Shown here: positions 24,717 through 38,100 of the stretch, piece after piece
Position numbering within the stretch: position 1 is the first letter of the stretch
Layout of the letters: the number at the start of each line of letters is the position of its first letter
Assembly: GCA_002633005.1 (NCBI GenBank)
Contig: NMRA01000561.1
Span: 202,485 to 266,484 of the forward strand
Source of the DNA: Phoronis australis
Taxonomy: Eukaryota; Animalia; Phoronida
Reading direction: 5' to 3'
DNA length: 64,000 nucleotides
The notes under the pieces: generated by a model
Seen by the model: the letters and a program-made list of their open reading frames with translations, nothing else
Databases searched by the model: none
What the model was told of the DNA's origin: nothing
Translations under genes and position numbers: made by a program

Positions 24717-27700
24717 ATGGAAGCAATAACCACAGTTCACGAATTTCCAATGAGCGAAGAGAAGACAGTTTTTACTGGTTCGTCGCCGGAAGACAAGGCA
24801 TATGCAAAGACGTTTTGGCAATCAGTGAATTTACAGCCGACATTAGAATCTCGACTTGTGTCCAGTGACATTAGGCAACGATTGAAAGTTGCACCTCCTG
24901 GCGGCCAAAGTGGGTGCATTTACTAATAGGACACGCCAATCTATTGAGTATCATTGTATAAAGAGAAGCAGAAAGGCGGTTATCAGTTTTCTTGTCAACG
25001 TATTTGTCTGACAACCGCTCGCTAAAACTTTTTTATTTGACAGCAATGAAAATTTTGATGTGATGACCAACCTACAGGACTATACTTAGTAACTAAACAC
25101 CTCACCAAAAGTCGAAAGTTTGGAAATTTGTTCTTATTATTTTGGTTTAATTAAATCATGTTGCATACCAAAACCCTGTCATTCCCCTTTCCAACAATAA
25201 ATATTTATCCTGTTTAGTAACTAAATGTTGCCAAAGAGGGCTCAGTCTCAACAGTGAATGTTGCAAATTCAGTTGGAGCTATATGTGTAGTATGCAAGAA
25301 GTTTGAGCATTCAGCATTTTGCATGCAGCAATTACAGTGCTGGTTCCATGGTAGTAAAAACTTATGACAATGCTTGAAACATTTTATTTATTGAACAAGT
25401 TATACACACAGTAGTGATAGTCTGACTGATAAACAACCTAGGTTTGACGAACCATTCGCAGTCACTACAATGACACACCTTCTTCGCACTAGGCACGCTG
25501 TTATGGAGGCGCGTTGCTGTATGATGGCATTCTATTCCTGAAATCAGTGGCCGTGGTGCCACAACATTCTGGGAAACACCAGCATCAATTTGTCCAAGAA
25601 CTCGAGCCTTGTCTGTAGTAGACAAACGTGGCATACTAATATTGGAGCCAGAACACCAGATTTTCACATTTGAAGAAAGCTGCAAACTGCATGGGCACTC
25701 CAAACACAATTTGCAATTTGTGATTCATACTGAGCCTGCTAACAGCAGTATAATGCCATGTCATGATTCAGCATCTCACAAATTTGGTGTTTACGGCCCC
25801 CGGTGTTAATCACCCTCACATCACAGGTGGTGACACCGCTTGGCAAAAACAGGAAATGAGCAACATTCACTTTGAGACCAAGCCCTCTCTGGCAGCAAAA
25901 TATAGTTACTGAGCATATCAAAAATTTACTGACAAAATGTGGTATTGTTGGGAAGGGGCATGACAGCTTTCCATTGGTATGTAATGTGATTTAAATATAC
26001 CAAAAGTAATGAGAACACGGATGAGTGAACACAACTTTCCAAACTAAGGTGTTTATATAGCCCCAGTACCCCATTGGCAATGCACTCTTCTGTTGAAATT
26101 CCTTAGCAGATTAAAATTCCATAATTCTGATTAATGCATCTCATTCTTTCACTAGAAATCCTGGTGTAACTATGATTTTTATTTTTAAGGGTTGATTACC
26201 CAAAAAGCAGGAAATAAAAAAGCCTATTCAATATATGGGGCATGGCTAATGAGTTACAAATTGGGTTTACAAATTCAGACACACCACCTACCTCAGAAAA
26301 GGGAACTTTTGTCGAGTTTGTATTATATAACTCTGAAAGTGAACCATTTAATGGGGATTCATGGGCTTCTGACTTTTCGTATGAAAACGTAGGTCATAAA
26401 AATAGTCGAGCTTCGACTGAGCTGCATCTCATGCACACGTGTATCTTCTACAGGAGCCCCCCCCCGCTTGGTGATCATCTTCCACTGGAGTTTCCCAAAG
26501 GCTTGATAATAACTTTTGGTAGTAAACTACTAATCTGTATCAAAATCTAGGGTGAAATATGAATCTCATGAAATGAATTTATTGGGAATTCCTATGCTGA
26601 CCTTTTACAGGGTCATTAAGGACATAGAGGTTCTGGGTATAATTTACTAAGAGAGAGGACAGCTAGAGAACTAACTCTCGTAGTCTTTGCATGCTCCACA
26701 GAGAATGAGTACTTTTTATTCATTTACTGCTTTTTGGCAATATTCAAATTGACGCAGGCAATTTTCACTGCAGGAAACATGTAAAAAATAATTATTGTCC
26801 AGTTTGTCACATCATCTTTGTTAATTGATACGTGTCTGCATTGGAGCTGCCCTACTGGTTGCGCTTCATGCCAAATTGTTCTCCAAGTAAAATATGAGTT
26901 GACACTGTACTGGCACTTGTTCTAACTTTGATGCACTGTAGAACAAACTTTTGGATTCGAATAAAATGGACACCTGCATTTTGGGCTTGAAGGGGGTCAG
27001 TAGTTTCCATGTTGGCTTAGAATTGTGCCCCTCGCACGATAGGCCTTTTGAAATTGACATGCAAGGTCATTGAAATCAATTATTTGTGAACCCTGCTCTT
27101 CAAAAACACACCTTAGCAAAGGGTTTGTGGTCCTGGATGAGAAGATAATTGTTTGATTAGCCCCTACGGATCCACAGAGGAGCCCTTGTGCATCCATAAA
27201 GGAGCCCCTACGGATTCATAATTAGAGGAACCCCTACGGATCCATAGAGCCCCTATGGATCCATAGAGGAGCCCCTACGGATCCATAATTAGAGGAGCCC
27301 CTACGGATCCATAGAGGATCCCCAAATGTGCAATTCTCGATAAAACTGTGTCCTGGTTTTCATATTTAAAGCAACTATTTTTTAAGAACGAACACTAATG
27401 ACCGCGGGTCATCGTTACAGTACAGGTGTACTGTTCTCCTATTTCCCTATCCATCGAATAATAAGTGAGATGAACGGGTTGACAAAGGGCTCGTGTCTTG
27501 TGCTGATTCTGCGTTAACTTCCATTACGAGTCCTAATGTACCACTCCCTATTAATAGTAGCATTTCTTGGGTGTTTGGTCCGTTGAAAACGTTAAAATCA
27601 GCAGATGAGAATTTCAGCTCTGAGGTATCTTTATTTATTGAAATAGGTGACAAGGTTGTTTAATTTGTAAATTTCTGTCAGTTTCATTAATTTGTTATTT

Positions 27701-30152
27701 GGAATGCAATCTAGTTGTAGCGTTTTCTCTTCCAGAGATAAACGTAACATATGTCCCAGTGGAAGACCCTCCACGTAAGTACATTTACTTGAATGTAGAA
27801 GTTGTCATTAATACAATATAAAACAGCTGTTGACCATCATGAGCTCTGTGAAGTTGATTTAGGTTTGAGTTTACACTGAGTACATACCGGTAGCTATCTA
27901 TTCACTCATTTTTCACAAAAGTTATTTGCAAAAATGGCACTTATTTTCTAAAGTCTGGTTACTTTGCAGGAAACAAGGGAACTAAATGTTATAACTCTTC
28001 CAATTCTAACCAAGCTCATACCAAACTAAGATCTCTTTAATTGAGAATTTTGAAAAATTAAAACTGCACTTGTGTGCCATATTGTGTGCGTCCTCAGTGG
28101 CGGATCTAGGATATCACAAGGGGGGCCCAACATTTTATCCGGCTGTAAGCATTTGCGCAAACTAAACCACGATTGTAGATGCGCATAGCACTGAATGGGG
28201 GAGGTCGGGAGGGGGGTTTGCCCCCCTTCCGCTCAGGAAATTTTTCTGTTTTTACCTCTAAAAATCAAGCATTTTCCTTGATTCCTGAAGTATTATCCAA
28301 GAAAAAAAGGAAAGAAAAACACGGAGAACGTGTCAAACAGGAAAAACTGAACGTACCAAAGACTCGAACTCACGACCCGGCGGATAGAGAGCGCGTGCGT
28401 TACCACTACACCACCATGATTTGGCTACCGATACTATGATAAGAGGCCTTCTTGTTTATGGTCCACAGCGTTTGCACGCGAAACCTACTTCTTTTCGTAA
28501 TGCTTATTATACCTTTTGTTTTGTGCCATGAATTCGTAACAAATTTGTTGTATTTTAAATAGTCTTCAAATGCCCAAAAGACCAAATCCGTTTTTCGTGT
28601 TGGCAATAATGACGGGATTGCTTTGGAAATCGTCTTAAGATAAGGTTTGACAAAGAGAGTATTGCGAGTTTCTGAGTGATTCATTAAGGCTTCGATTAAA
28701 ATTCACATCTTACCAGCAACTTCTGTTTTCTCATCGTCACTCAGGTTCCGTTCTCTTTAAAAAATGAAGTAAATTTTCTTCATTGCACAGTGGAGCAGAC
28801 AACGAAAACGGAGTCGTAATGCGCAGCGCCATTGCCGGTCACCTGGGATATCACGGGAGAGCCTATACTTAGCCATAGTTCTGTTACGAATGCGCCGTGT
28901 TCCGAATTTGACACTTGAAATTGGGGTTTGAGCCCCCCAAAAAACACAAAAACTGCACACATTTAAATCTTTTTTGATCCGTATAATTTTAATTACCGGG
29001 GTTAATTAATAAACTCACCATTTCCCTACGCTCTTACTGTTTTATTTTTTTTTGCGGCAGCCAAGGGGGGGGGGCTGGGCCCCCCCTCTAAATCCGCCTA
29101 TGGTCCTGAATAGGTGAAGATTTGATTTAGATAATGTATTTAAACAGAAAGAAACAGACTAAGTGCAGAAATTTGTTGGTATTTGGGTTGGGTCTAGTTT
29201 GTACTGCGTCAAAGAACTTGAGCACGTTTGCAATGGATATCGGCACTGATAATTGCTTTAATTATTGGTTTGAATTCAGAGCTGCAAGAGTATTTCACTG
29301 ATGTTTACTCAAAAGAACAGATGGACCGAGTTCGCAGAATGCAGAGACACGCACACCTGCGGGAAGAAAATTTACAAATCTTGAGTAAAAGGAAACACGA
29401 AAGGTTTAAGGTAATGTGTGTGCAAAATCTGCTTCAGTAATATGTGTGCAATACCTGTTGGTACTGTTGGTACAACAGGAGTGTGGGTGTGGGAACTGTG
29501 GTCAGCCAAGAACAGTGTGGTCACTTTTAGTTGATGTGATTTTAAAATCAATTTCAAGTCAACTGAGATCGTTGTTGGATAATTTGCTGGTTCTTAAGAA
29601 CTATCACTATCGAATTTCTTTGTCCGAGTGCATGTACCAGGGATAGACAGACAATTGAATGGTGTCTAGGGTTTATCCATATTTTCCTATATTTTCTTGT
29701 TTACAAACATGTCTGGGGAGGGGTTAACCACTTACTTCTACCGGCAATTTGTTTACAAAATAATGTCAATGCTTTTTGACTTTTTGAAGTATTCTTTATG
29801 GTTGACATGGTTACCATATGTTTTGTAAGCTTTTGAAATAGTCAGTAATAATGGATGATTCCTTATTCAATTCGTACCAACTTTATTTATCCAGAAATGA
29901 ATTGGAAATATGTTGACATATTTTTTTTTCATTTCACATGTAACAAATTCTAGTACATTATGTTTAAAATGTTCACTTTATGTTTTATTACAGAAGGAAG
30001 AAATATCAAGGGGAAAAGGAATCCAGAATAAAAACTTTGACTTTCCCGACACCAATTACGATGACAATGAGGATGTAGACTGCATGGATTCTTTGAGACA
30101 ACTGGACGAGTTTGACTCCAAAAATGGTGGACATAACTCAGACTCAGATTAA
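24717..30152 (+). CDS. HOATZ: Cilia- and flagella-associated protein HOATZ (C11orf88) homologue, ~173 aa
   Basis: Exons 24717-24909, 27736-27774, 29280-29410, 29994-30152 are in phase. [19 protein letters not shown]...[15 protein letters not shown] and [22 protein letters not shown] match the recalled HOATZ pattern (VFAGSSEQDANLAKQFWIS...ESQLV...[28 protein letters not shown]). Confidence 0.85.
25096..26053 (-). mobile_element. Decayed Tc1/mariner element with long TIRs
   Basis: TA flanks both ends, and degenerate ~170-200-bp inverted termini lie at 25096-25265 / 25860-26053. The minus-strand [26 protein letters not shown] resembles a Tc1 N-terminal HTH. The catalytic region is deleted. Confidence 0.8.
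27160..27323. repeat. Irregular ~20-28-bp minisatellite (GAGGAGCCCCTACGGATCCATA)
   Basis: About 7 imperfect units, most with GGATCC, in HOATZ intron 1. Confidence 0.85.
28095..29102. mobile_element. Non-autonomous DNA element (hAT-like termini) with a 5-bp TSD
   Basis: Termini CAGTGGCGGATCTAG / CTAAATCCGCCTATG with G/C-run subtermini. GTCCT is duplicated at 28090-28094 and 29103-29107. A related left end occurs at 63730. Confidence 0.75.
28355..28416 (-). pseudogene. tRNA-derived sequence (SINE head or tRNA pseudogene) inside the DNA element
   Basis: The minus strand reads GGTGGTGTAGTGGTAACGCACGCG...GGTCGTGAGTTCGAGTC, with Pol III A-box and B-box. The acceptor stem is not convincing. Confidence 0.55.
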
Positions 30153-31343
30153 TCAGTTACACTGTGCCACAATTAGCAGTCTTTGTGTCACAATTAGCAG
30201 TCTTTGTGTCACGATTCCCCATTTTCCCCTTATGCACGGTTAATCCTGGTGTCAATTCAGCAAAATCCTGATTATGGAATCATTTTTACGTTGTTTTTAT
30301 GAAAGATTTCGCGGTATGTTCCCTGCCATTCCCAAACACAATGATTGAGTATTATAACAAGGAGTCCCCCCCCCCGCCAGCGTCCAGATGCCATGACAGA
30401 GAATTTGATACATCCAGTTATTGGTGACGTACATGGTACACTCTGCTCTTCATTGCCATGACAGTATGTATTATCTGCTTCATGTTATGAAACGTTCCCT
30501 AGAAATATGGTGCCAACATTTGACTCTCATGAGAAATCTATTTAATAAAGAACCCTTGAACAACATTATCGTGTCAAAAACAACCCTGCTAGTTGATCAC
30601 TTATTTACATGGAGCCCCCTTATACTCTGAATGACATTTGAATTAACTAGTTAACTCATGAGCATTCATTGGTACAACCTTTTTAACTTATCTTTTAAAA
30701 GGATAACAAACCTGCTTTCGGCCTATTAACAGATACTAAAATGACTTTCCTGATATCAAGTTCTCTAAAATAAAATAATTTGCTCTGCAACCCTCGACAA
30801 CCCTCGAAAGTTTAGAGGAAAAGTTGAATCTCCTTTCAAAGTCAGCTAACCGGCAAGCATGACCTATTTTTCAAGCACATTGCTGTGGGCCCCATTTCAA
30901 ACTCACTAAAACACAAATAATGAACAACAGAGACAAAACTATCAACCTTAAACTCTTAAATGAACATGCTGATCATTCTACGGCAGTTCTACACAAGGTG
31001 TGAACAAAATGCAGTTTTACTTAGTGCTAAATAGACTGAAATACATTATGCAAACAATAACATAAAACCCGTGTGCACTTTTAAAAACAAATGTTACCCC
31101 TACTAGATTGCAGGGTAAAATCATGGCATACACAGTCCTTTGTTCTACTCAGCACTATGTGTATACAGATAATAGTGCTTTTAGGCCACTAGTGTCAGTT
31201 CAGAATAGTTCACAACTAACTATAGAAACACATCTCAAGACTTACTTCAACTAGCTACTTTACACAGATCTTAAAAGGCAGTTATCTACTTGTAATGGCA
31301 CACTGCATGCCGTGGGTCCACTTGCCTGATAGGGTGGTTATTA

Positions 31344-31813
31344 CAGGGTTCGGACAGCTTGTGAAAAAGTAGGAATATTTTTGAACTACTGTCATAGCCA
31401 AATAGTAAAAACTGTTCCAAGATTCATATTAATGTCCAAGCTTTGGTCATGGGGCCTTCCTTGTTTTATTGGCTTCATTTACCATTTCAAGTCTATCTAC
31501 TCCTGTGCCTTTGCATGATGTTTGAGTAAGTCACTTTATTTTGCAAAATGTTGATTTCATTTTGAACTTGAAATGAAGACATTTTGGTAATTTTGATTTG
31601 AATCGATAAACTTCCAATGAGACACAAATGCACCTTAAATGATATCTTGTGTCTCACATATATAATAATTTCCAATTATAGAACACAGTAATAGAGTCGG
31701 TGAGGAAGAAAGTAGGAAAAAATCAAGAAAGTCCTTTCATATAATTTTCAAAAAGCAAGAAACTACAGAAATAGTAGGAAAAGTAGGACATTTTTTAAGC
31801 TGTACCAACCCTG
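31344..31813. mobile_element. hAT-like MITE remnant
   Basis: Termini CAGGGTTCGGACAGCTT / AAGCTGTACCAACCCTG with repeated subterminal AAGTAGGA motifs. No TSD is recognisable. Confidence 0.55.
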
Positions 31814-32130
31814 CATGGATCTTGTGAGGTGGACTGGCTGAACTATCCAATCACAGAACAGGAAAATCGTGGCCCACATACAATCAACCAATCACAAGAG
31901 TCCCTGCCTACGTTTTCAAGTAGTGTTAATGCAGTGCAGGCCATGTCCCATGGTAATGTCGATCAAAAACAATACAGACTGTTTATATGCATGCTTAGAA
32001 TGATGAGAATCAAGGGAAACACACACTCCTCTTTCCCCTAGCATTATGGTGTATGCTTCCACAGATTTGTCATTTCTGGGCACATGTGGGAGCTACGAAA
32101 ATGCAGAATGGTTAATGATGTGAACGGCAC

Positions 32131-35100
32131 TTATTTGAAGACATGAACACGTCCGCTTGAGTTGACACCAGCGAGAACATCTAAAGCTGGATGAAACGTG
32201 TTTAGGCTGCACACAGACACCAAGTGTTCAGACATGAATGACTTCACAAGATTGCCTTCAATGTTGAAAAGTTCAATCTGAAATAAGAAGAGATCATGAG
32301 GCAATTTGACAGTTTATGTGGGATACATTTAACCCACTAAGAAGGGTAACAACAGGCAGCTTGCATATAACTGTTAAACCTTGAAGCTGCTTTCAACAGT
32401 TTACTATGTAAACCAGCACTAGCCTGCATCTTAATCATATAGTGAACACCCTTCACAAAAAGGAGTTCAGTTTGGCCACTAGAGTGCGCAGTCAATGACC
32501 TGTCTCGTGAACCTACTGTAACTCGCTCATGGTGAGAGATGTCTTACTACAAGAGGTCACCACTGTGACAATACACAGGCCACGCCGTCTAATAGTCTAG
32601 TTATCTATCTTTTGACAGTTCTGAATCAATAATAAAGTGAGACTTTCCAATATTAAATTGCTACTGATTCACTTCATCAACATTTGAATGCATCTTTTTT
32701 CAGTTACCAAAATCAAGGAGAAGTCTAATTGCCAGATCTCCTCTAATTCTCGTTTTTACATTTTTTGGTCAGTATGATGGGTCATGTGGTTCAGAGTAGG
32801 TGTGCATTGTTCTCTTGTGGGCATAAATAAACTATGAACCTCTTCTGTCTGATTCAGACCTCTTAATATTATTACATGCAGGCAAATATAATCAACAATC
32901 ACATTGTTACTGTTAAATCAAGATTTTTAGATTTAGGAATTTCTGTCAGTAACAATGTGTACATAGAAGAATTTTGAAGACATTTCTTGAATTTGTATCT
33001 TGTGACTATGCACGGGTTAAGGTGCACGAACAGGAACTTCAACAAGGGTTCAATTGTTTGCTAAAGTAAAATCAACTTACAAACAGAATCAGAAATTTTA
33101 AGGAACTCAGTATCATTGTTTTAAAGCAAATGGCAAAAATAGACTGTAAAACAAACGTGAATTTTATCCTAAATACAACGGATCACTCTTATTCAATGTC
33201 AATAAATTGATTTATGCTTGAAATAATTTAACATGATTTTGTTCAGCTCCAAAATGTCCTACCTCACGCGGTCTATTCATACCTGACGCGGTCTATTCAC
33301 ACCTGACGCGGTCTATTCACACCTGACGCGGTCTATTCACACCTGACGCGGTCTATTCACACCTGACGCGGTCTATTCACACCTGACGCGGTCTATTCAC
33401 ACCTGACGCAGTCTATTCATACCTGACGTGGTCTATTCATACTGCCAGACACAAAGAGTTCATGTTGAGGGTGCCATGTTGGCCGGAAGTTGGTCAACCA
33501 ACGGCCCACATGGTTGTCATGCCTGTAAATAATCAAATATACTGTCTTATCATGCCCAAGCTTATGGGGGAAAACATTTCAGAAATGGAAGCAAAGGAAA
33601 ACCCTAGGTGATCATTCAAAGCTGGTCGAAATTTGTCAACCATCAAAAAGTATGGCACATTCCTACTTCATACTCGACAAAAAACTGTCAGCCAAAACCT
33701 GAAAGATTTAAGAAAAGCTACTATACAAGTTGAGGCCAGCAAGCTTAGTACACTTGCACTGACGTTTTGACACGAACTCAGATTTTATCCATTTTAAGTA
33801 GCTCCAATCTGATAAAAACATACTTCAGGATAGAATATCTTTTAACACTCATGTCACTTCTGCAGTCAGAACAGCAGGAATCCCTGTCAGAATGTCTTTC
33901 ATAAGTTTCATTAGCAAATGTAGTACATATTAATTACATAAACCTAACTTTATTCCGAATTTCTGTGGTTAGTACTCACCGGAATGACTTTAGTTCCTTC
34001 AGATGTCCACCAGAAAATGAGTGAATTCTGAAAACCAAGTTGATTTATAATACAAATTGTACAAGGAATATTGGCAATATTAAATCACACAGCTGACATC
34101 TTTCATAGTAGCTTTGACATTTTGACACAGGAGATAGATAAATTATTAGTAACTAAATCCTCTTACATTCCAGCACAGAAAATACATAATTAATCTTTAG
34201 TCATTTTCTCAAAAGCTCATTCAAAATTTCAAAATTAAAATGTGTCCGTCTACACTGATCCAAGATGCAGGGTTTATTTATCTTGAAAATAATTTACTCC
34301 AACTTGAATGAGATTAAGCTTTTGGCCATGGGCAGAGTAGACATTACACTCTGGATAATTTTTGACTGTTGTTTGATGCCAGCTTAATAATGTTTGACTG
34401 ATGTTTGATGACAACTCAATAATGTTTGACTGGGTTTGAGGACAGCTCAATAATGTTTGCCTGTTGTTTGATGCCAGCTCAATAATGTTTGACTGTTGTT
34501 TAATGCCAGCTCAATAATGTTTGACTGTTGTTTAATGCCAGATCAATAATGTTTGACTGTTGTTTAATGCCAGATCAATAATGTTTGACTGTTGTTTGAT
34601 GACAGCTCAATAATGTTTAACTGCTGTTTGATGACAGCTTAATAATCACCAATGGTTACGTCATGCTCATCACACAACACGAAACTTTTAAACATCTGGA
34701 CTTGGACGAGCGCAGTTTGCAATTAGAATTCTCCTCTAGCAAAGCACACAACTATTGAGTTTACTTCTTGCAACTGAGTTCTGTTTTCAATCTTTCCACA
34801 AAATACACTCCGAAGGAATAAAAAGTAAAGATAAGGCAACCTTTTGGAGCATAGTAAAATGCTCTCAAATCAAAGCAGTACAAGCTTTTTGAGGAATGTA
34901 TCTGTATTTAATAATTATCACCAACAGAGGGCTCACTGTGAATCAAGCCACCTTTGAAGTGGGTGAAACAGCTTGCCCTATCTTTGGATTATTAGTGACT
35001 GCATTCTTTGCTCAAAATGTACCTTCTACTTTTTATTTATTTCCCGAAGAAAGCAGCACAGAAATTTTCATAGCATCAACATTGCAAAAGAGTGTACCTG

Positions 35101-38100
35101 ATCTTGTTTTCCATATTGGCACTGACCACGTGTTGACCATTTACAGGTGAGAAGTAGGCAGAGTTGACACTTCGCGAATTGGCAGCACTGTCCACGCTCT
35201 TAGAGCCTGTTTTACGCATATAACGCAGGTCCCAGACAGCCATCATCCTAACACAAGAATTAGAGTACTTTAAGAGCGTTCAAATAAAAACAGTAGCAAA
35301 AGTATATTACACACACACAGTACAAGATAAATGGAATCAGACAAAATATCATTTCCCTGTTATGATGAGCAATTCTAATGATGGGAGGAGGGATGGAATA
35401 GTTTCCCCATCTTACTAACTTTGATGTTAATTCTCCTTCATTAGTCAAGGGAGATAACTACTGACTGCTGTCATGACAGGGAATTTTGGGCCATTCAATT
35501 AGAATGCTATAAGTTTGTACTGTAGTCAGGAGATGAAAAGGAGTACTTCTGGCTGTTTTCACAATTGATATACAAGTCAAAGCTGTGTACTTTTGTGGAG
35601 TCAGAAGAGTGTGATTGTTATTTTTGAAACATATCTTACAAACAATCCGAGTGGTTTAATAAAACACAGCCACCCAAAAAACAAAAATCAAGCGGTCAGT
35701 GGAGAACAGGCTGAGGGAGCACGATAAAAGCTTAGGTCGCGAAGAAGAGTTGGTACTAAGATGGAGCAAGTGCATTGTTTCACATTATTGGGGATTGACC
35801 TGAAAAAATGAAGCTTAGCTTTTGTATCTCAGGAGCTTACATAAAATGAAAAATAAAAAATACAAAGCTATTGTCAGTGGTAACTGTCTTAGTATTAATA
35901 GTGGGTGTGTCTTCGGTTTAGTCTAGTTGTTAAAGACCTCGTGGTCCAGTTCAGGTCTGGCTCTTGGCCAGGACGCATGTTCATTCCTAGTTGCGGTAAA
36001 TGTGATCATTTTTGTTGTTACATTCGGTCATCAGAGCCATTAAAATGTACAAGTAAGAACAATAACAAAATAACCCTAAGGACAGGTGAAAATTATATTA
36101 TGGAAAAGACAATAATAACGATGACACGCTGGTCCTTGTTGAAGATACGCTGGTCCTTGTTGAGGACACAAATACTTGAATATTACTTAATTTGTCATCA
36201 CCTCGTGATGTCAGCCATATTTCATCTAATTCTCCACTCAAGCATATACCACAGACTGGTTCTTACCCATTGTTTGAGGCAGTAAGGACATACTGCTTGT
36301 CTATGGGATGACTGTGGACGGTCTTGAGAACATTCTGGCAAAGACGGTGCTCTGAGTCGCCTTTCATCCTGAAACAAATGAATGAGACAGTGTACATAAT
36401 TCTTAAAGAGACACTCTTTCTCAGCCATGCTTCAAGTACAAATTATACACTCAACAAAACCATCAAAGCAAAATACACTGCAAGCCTCAAACCTATCCAT
36501 ACAGTTCTACCCAAAAGTGAACAGATCTCTCAAGCCACCAACAACTAATAGCAAGAAGTGACTGTAAAATGCCATCAATTTTGAAAGAGTTAAGCAATCT
36601 CTCTCAGACTACGTAGCGACATTTTGTTTCAAAAACTGAACATGATACCTTCATTCATGATTGAAACTTGAATCTTATGGAATTAAATGTGATAGTGCTA
36701 AATTTACTCTGCAGACTGGCCGAGCTAGAAATAAATCGTGTTTTAAGATTATTTTTATGTTACATGTAATTATGTTAATTGATAACCTTAGCTTGCTCTT
36801 TAATTTTGTTTATCTAGACCGGGAGTCTGACCTTTGTACTTGAACTTGTACTTTTTATGTCATTTTCCATTCTATATATGCCTCTTATCTAAAGATGATT
36901 GTTTATTGTTCTGTGCTCGAGAATGCAGGTCACTTGAATGTCAGGTCCAAGTTTGCACTTGATGATCCCTAGATTCAAGGTTTTGAATAAAAACTAGAGA
37001 TTTCAAATTGATACCTTTAATACATAACTGAGGTTCACAAGTGCAAACCACTAATAATGAGTAAAAAACAACAGTCTGGATATTAAGACCTGATCCTAGG
37101 TCTTTTTGTGTGGAATGGTACAGTCTATTTATAATGCAATTTAGTGAATCCATGGTCAATAAATCAAATTGAAGATGCTCACGCTCCACCACACTGCCCC
37201 CTGTTGATGGAGTACTGAAATGCTTGTAATCCTGATAACTCTCCAAATTAATTGCACACAGTCATTTTCACAGTGGAACTTCATGCCACCTTTGACACCA
37301 TAAATGTGAACCCAATTTGCCATCACTTAAAACTGATGTCAAAAGACTTCCATACCTTCACACCTACCAATGTGCAGCTCCAAATATTCTGAACAGCTAA
37401 GGCTGAGCATACTCATTCGTCTGATTTTGCATGATTGCGAGTTTTTCAGATCCCTGTCATCGACTTCAAAAAAGTACTATTGTGATATGGGTCGATCGCA
37501 AGTTTTGATTGACAAAATCATGGAGGCTAGTGATGCAACCCACCCAGTCTTAGTTTCATTCCACTGCTATTTTAGCAAAATCTACGATAAACAAAGAGCA
37601 GTTGTATTCATTGACAACTTGTAAATGTGAAAACAAAATATTCTACAAATAAGTGACCTTTGCACTAATGAAGCACTTCAGGGTCTCACATAACCCGCAT
37701 CATGCATCAACACTCCCCAGCACGACGTCATGATACTTACTGGACATGGTTTAGTGATCCGCGGAGGATCTTCTTCACCACAAAACGTGTTCTAAAAACA
37801 TTTGACAATTTTCAACCTACTTCACATTCAAATCGTCGCTATATGTTGTGTTTCTAAGTAATTTGGCCGATCAGTTGAAGAGATAAGCAATTAGCGAGAA
37901 AGCTTCACCTTAACTATAAGTACAAGTACGAACTAATATTTTTTCATTGTATTCTACATAAAGTTTCAGCTTTGATACATACCGCTAAATCAGGGACGTG
38001 GCATGAGCAGGAGTCTGTTCTTTATAATTGAAGAGCTCAGTTTTCAGATCATAGAGATAATCATGTTGAGTATCAAAGCATACAAATGTTCCAACAAAAC

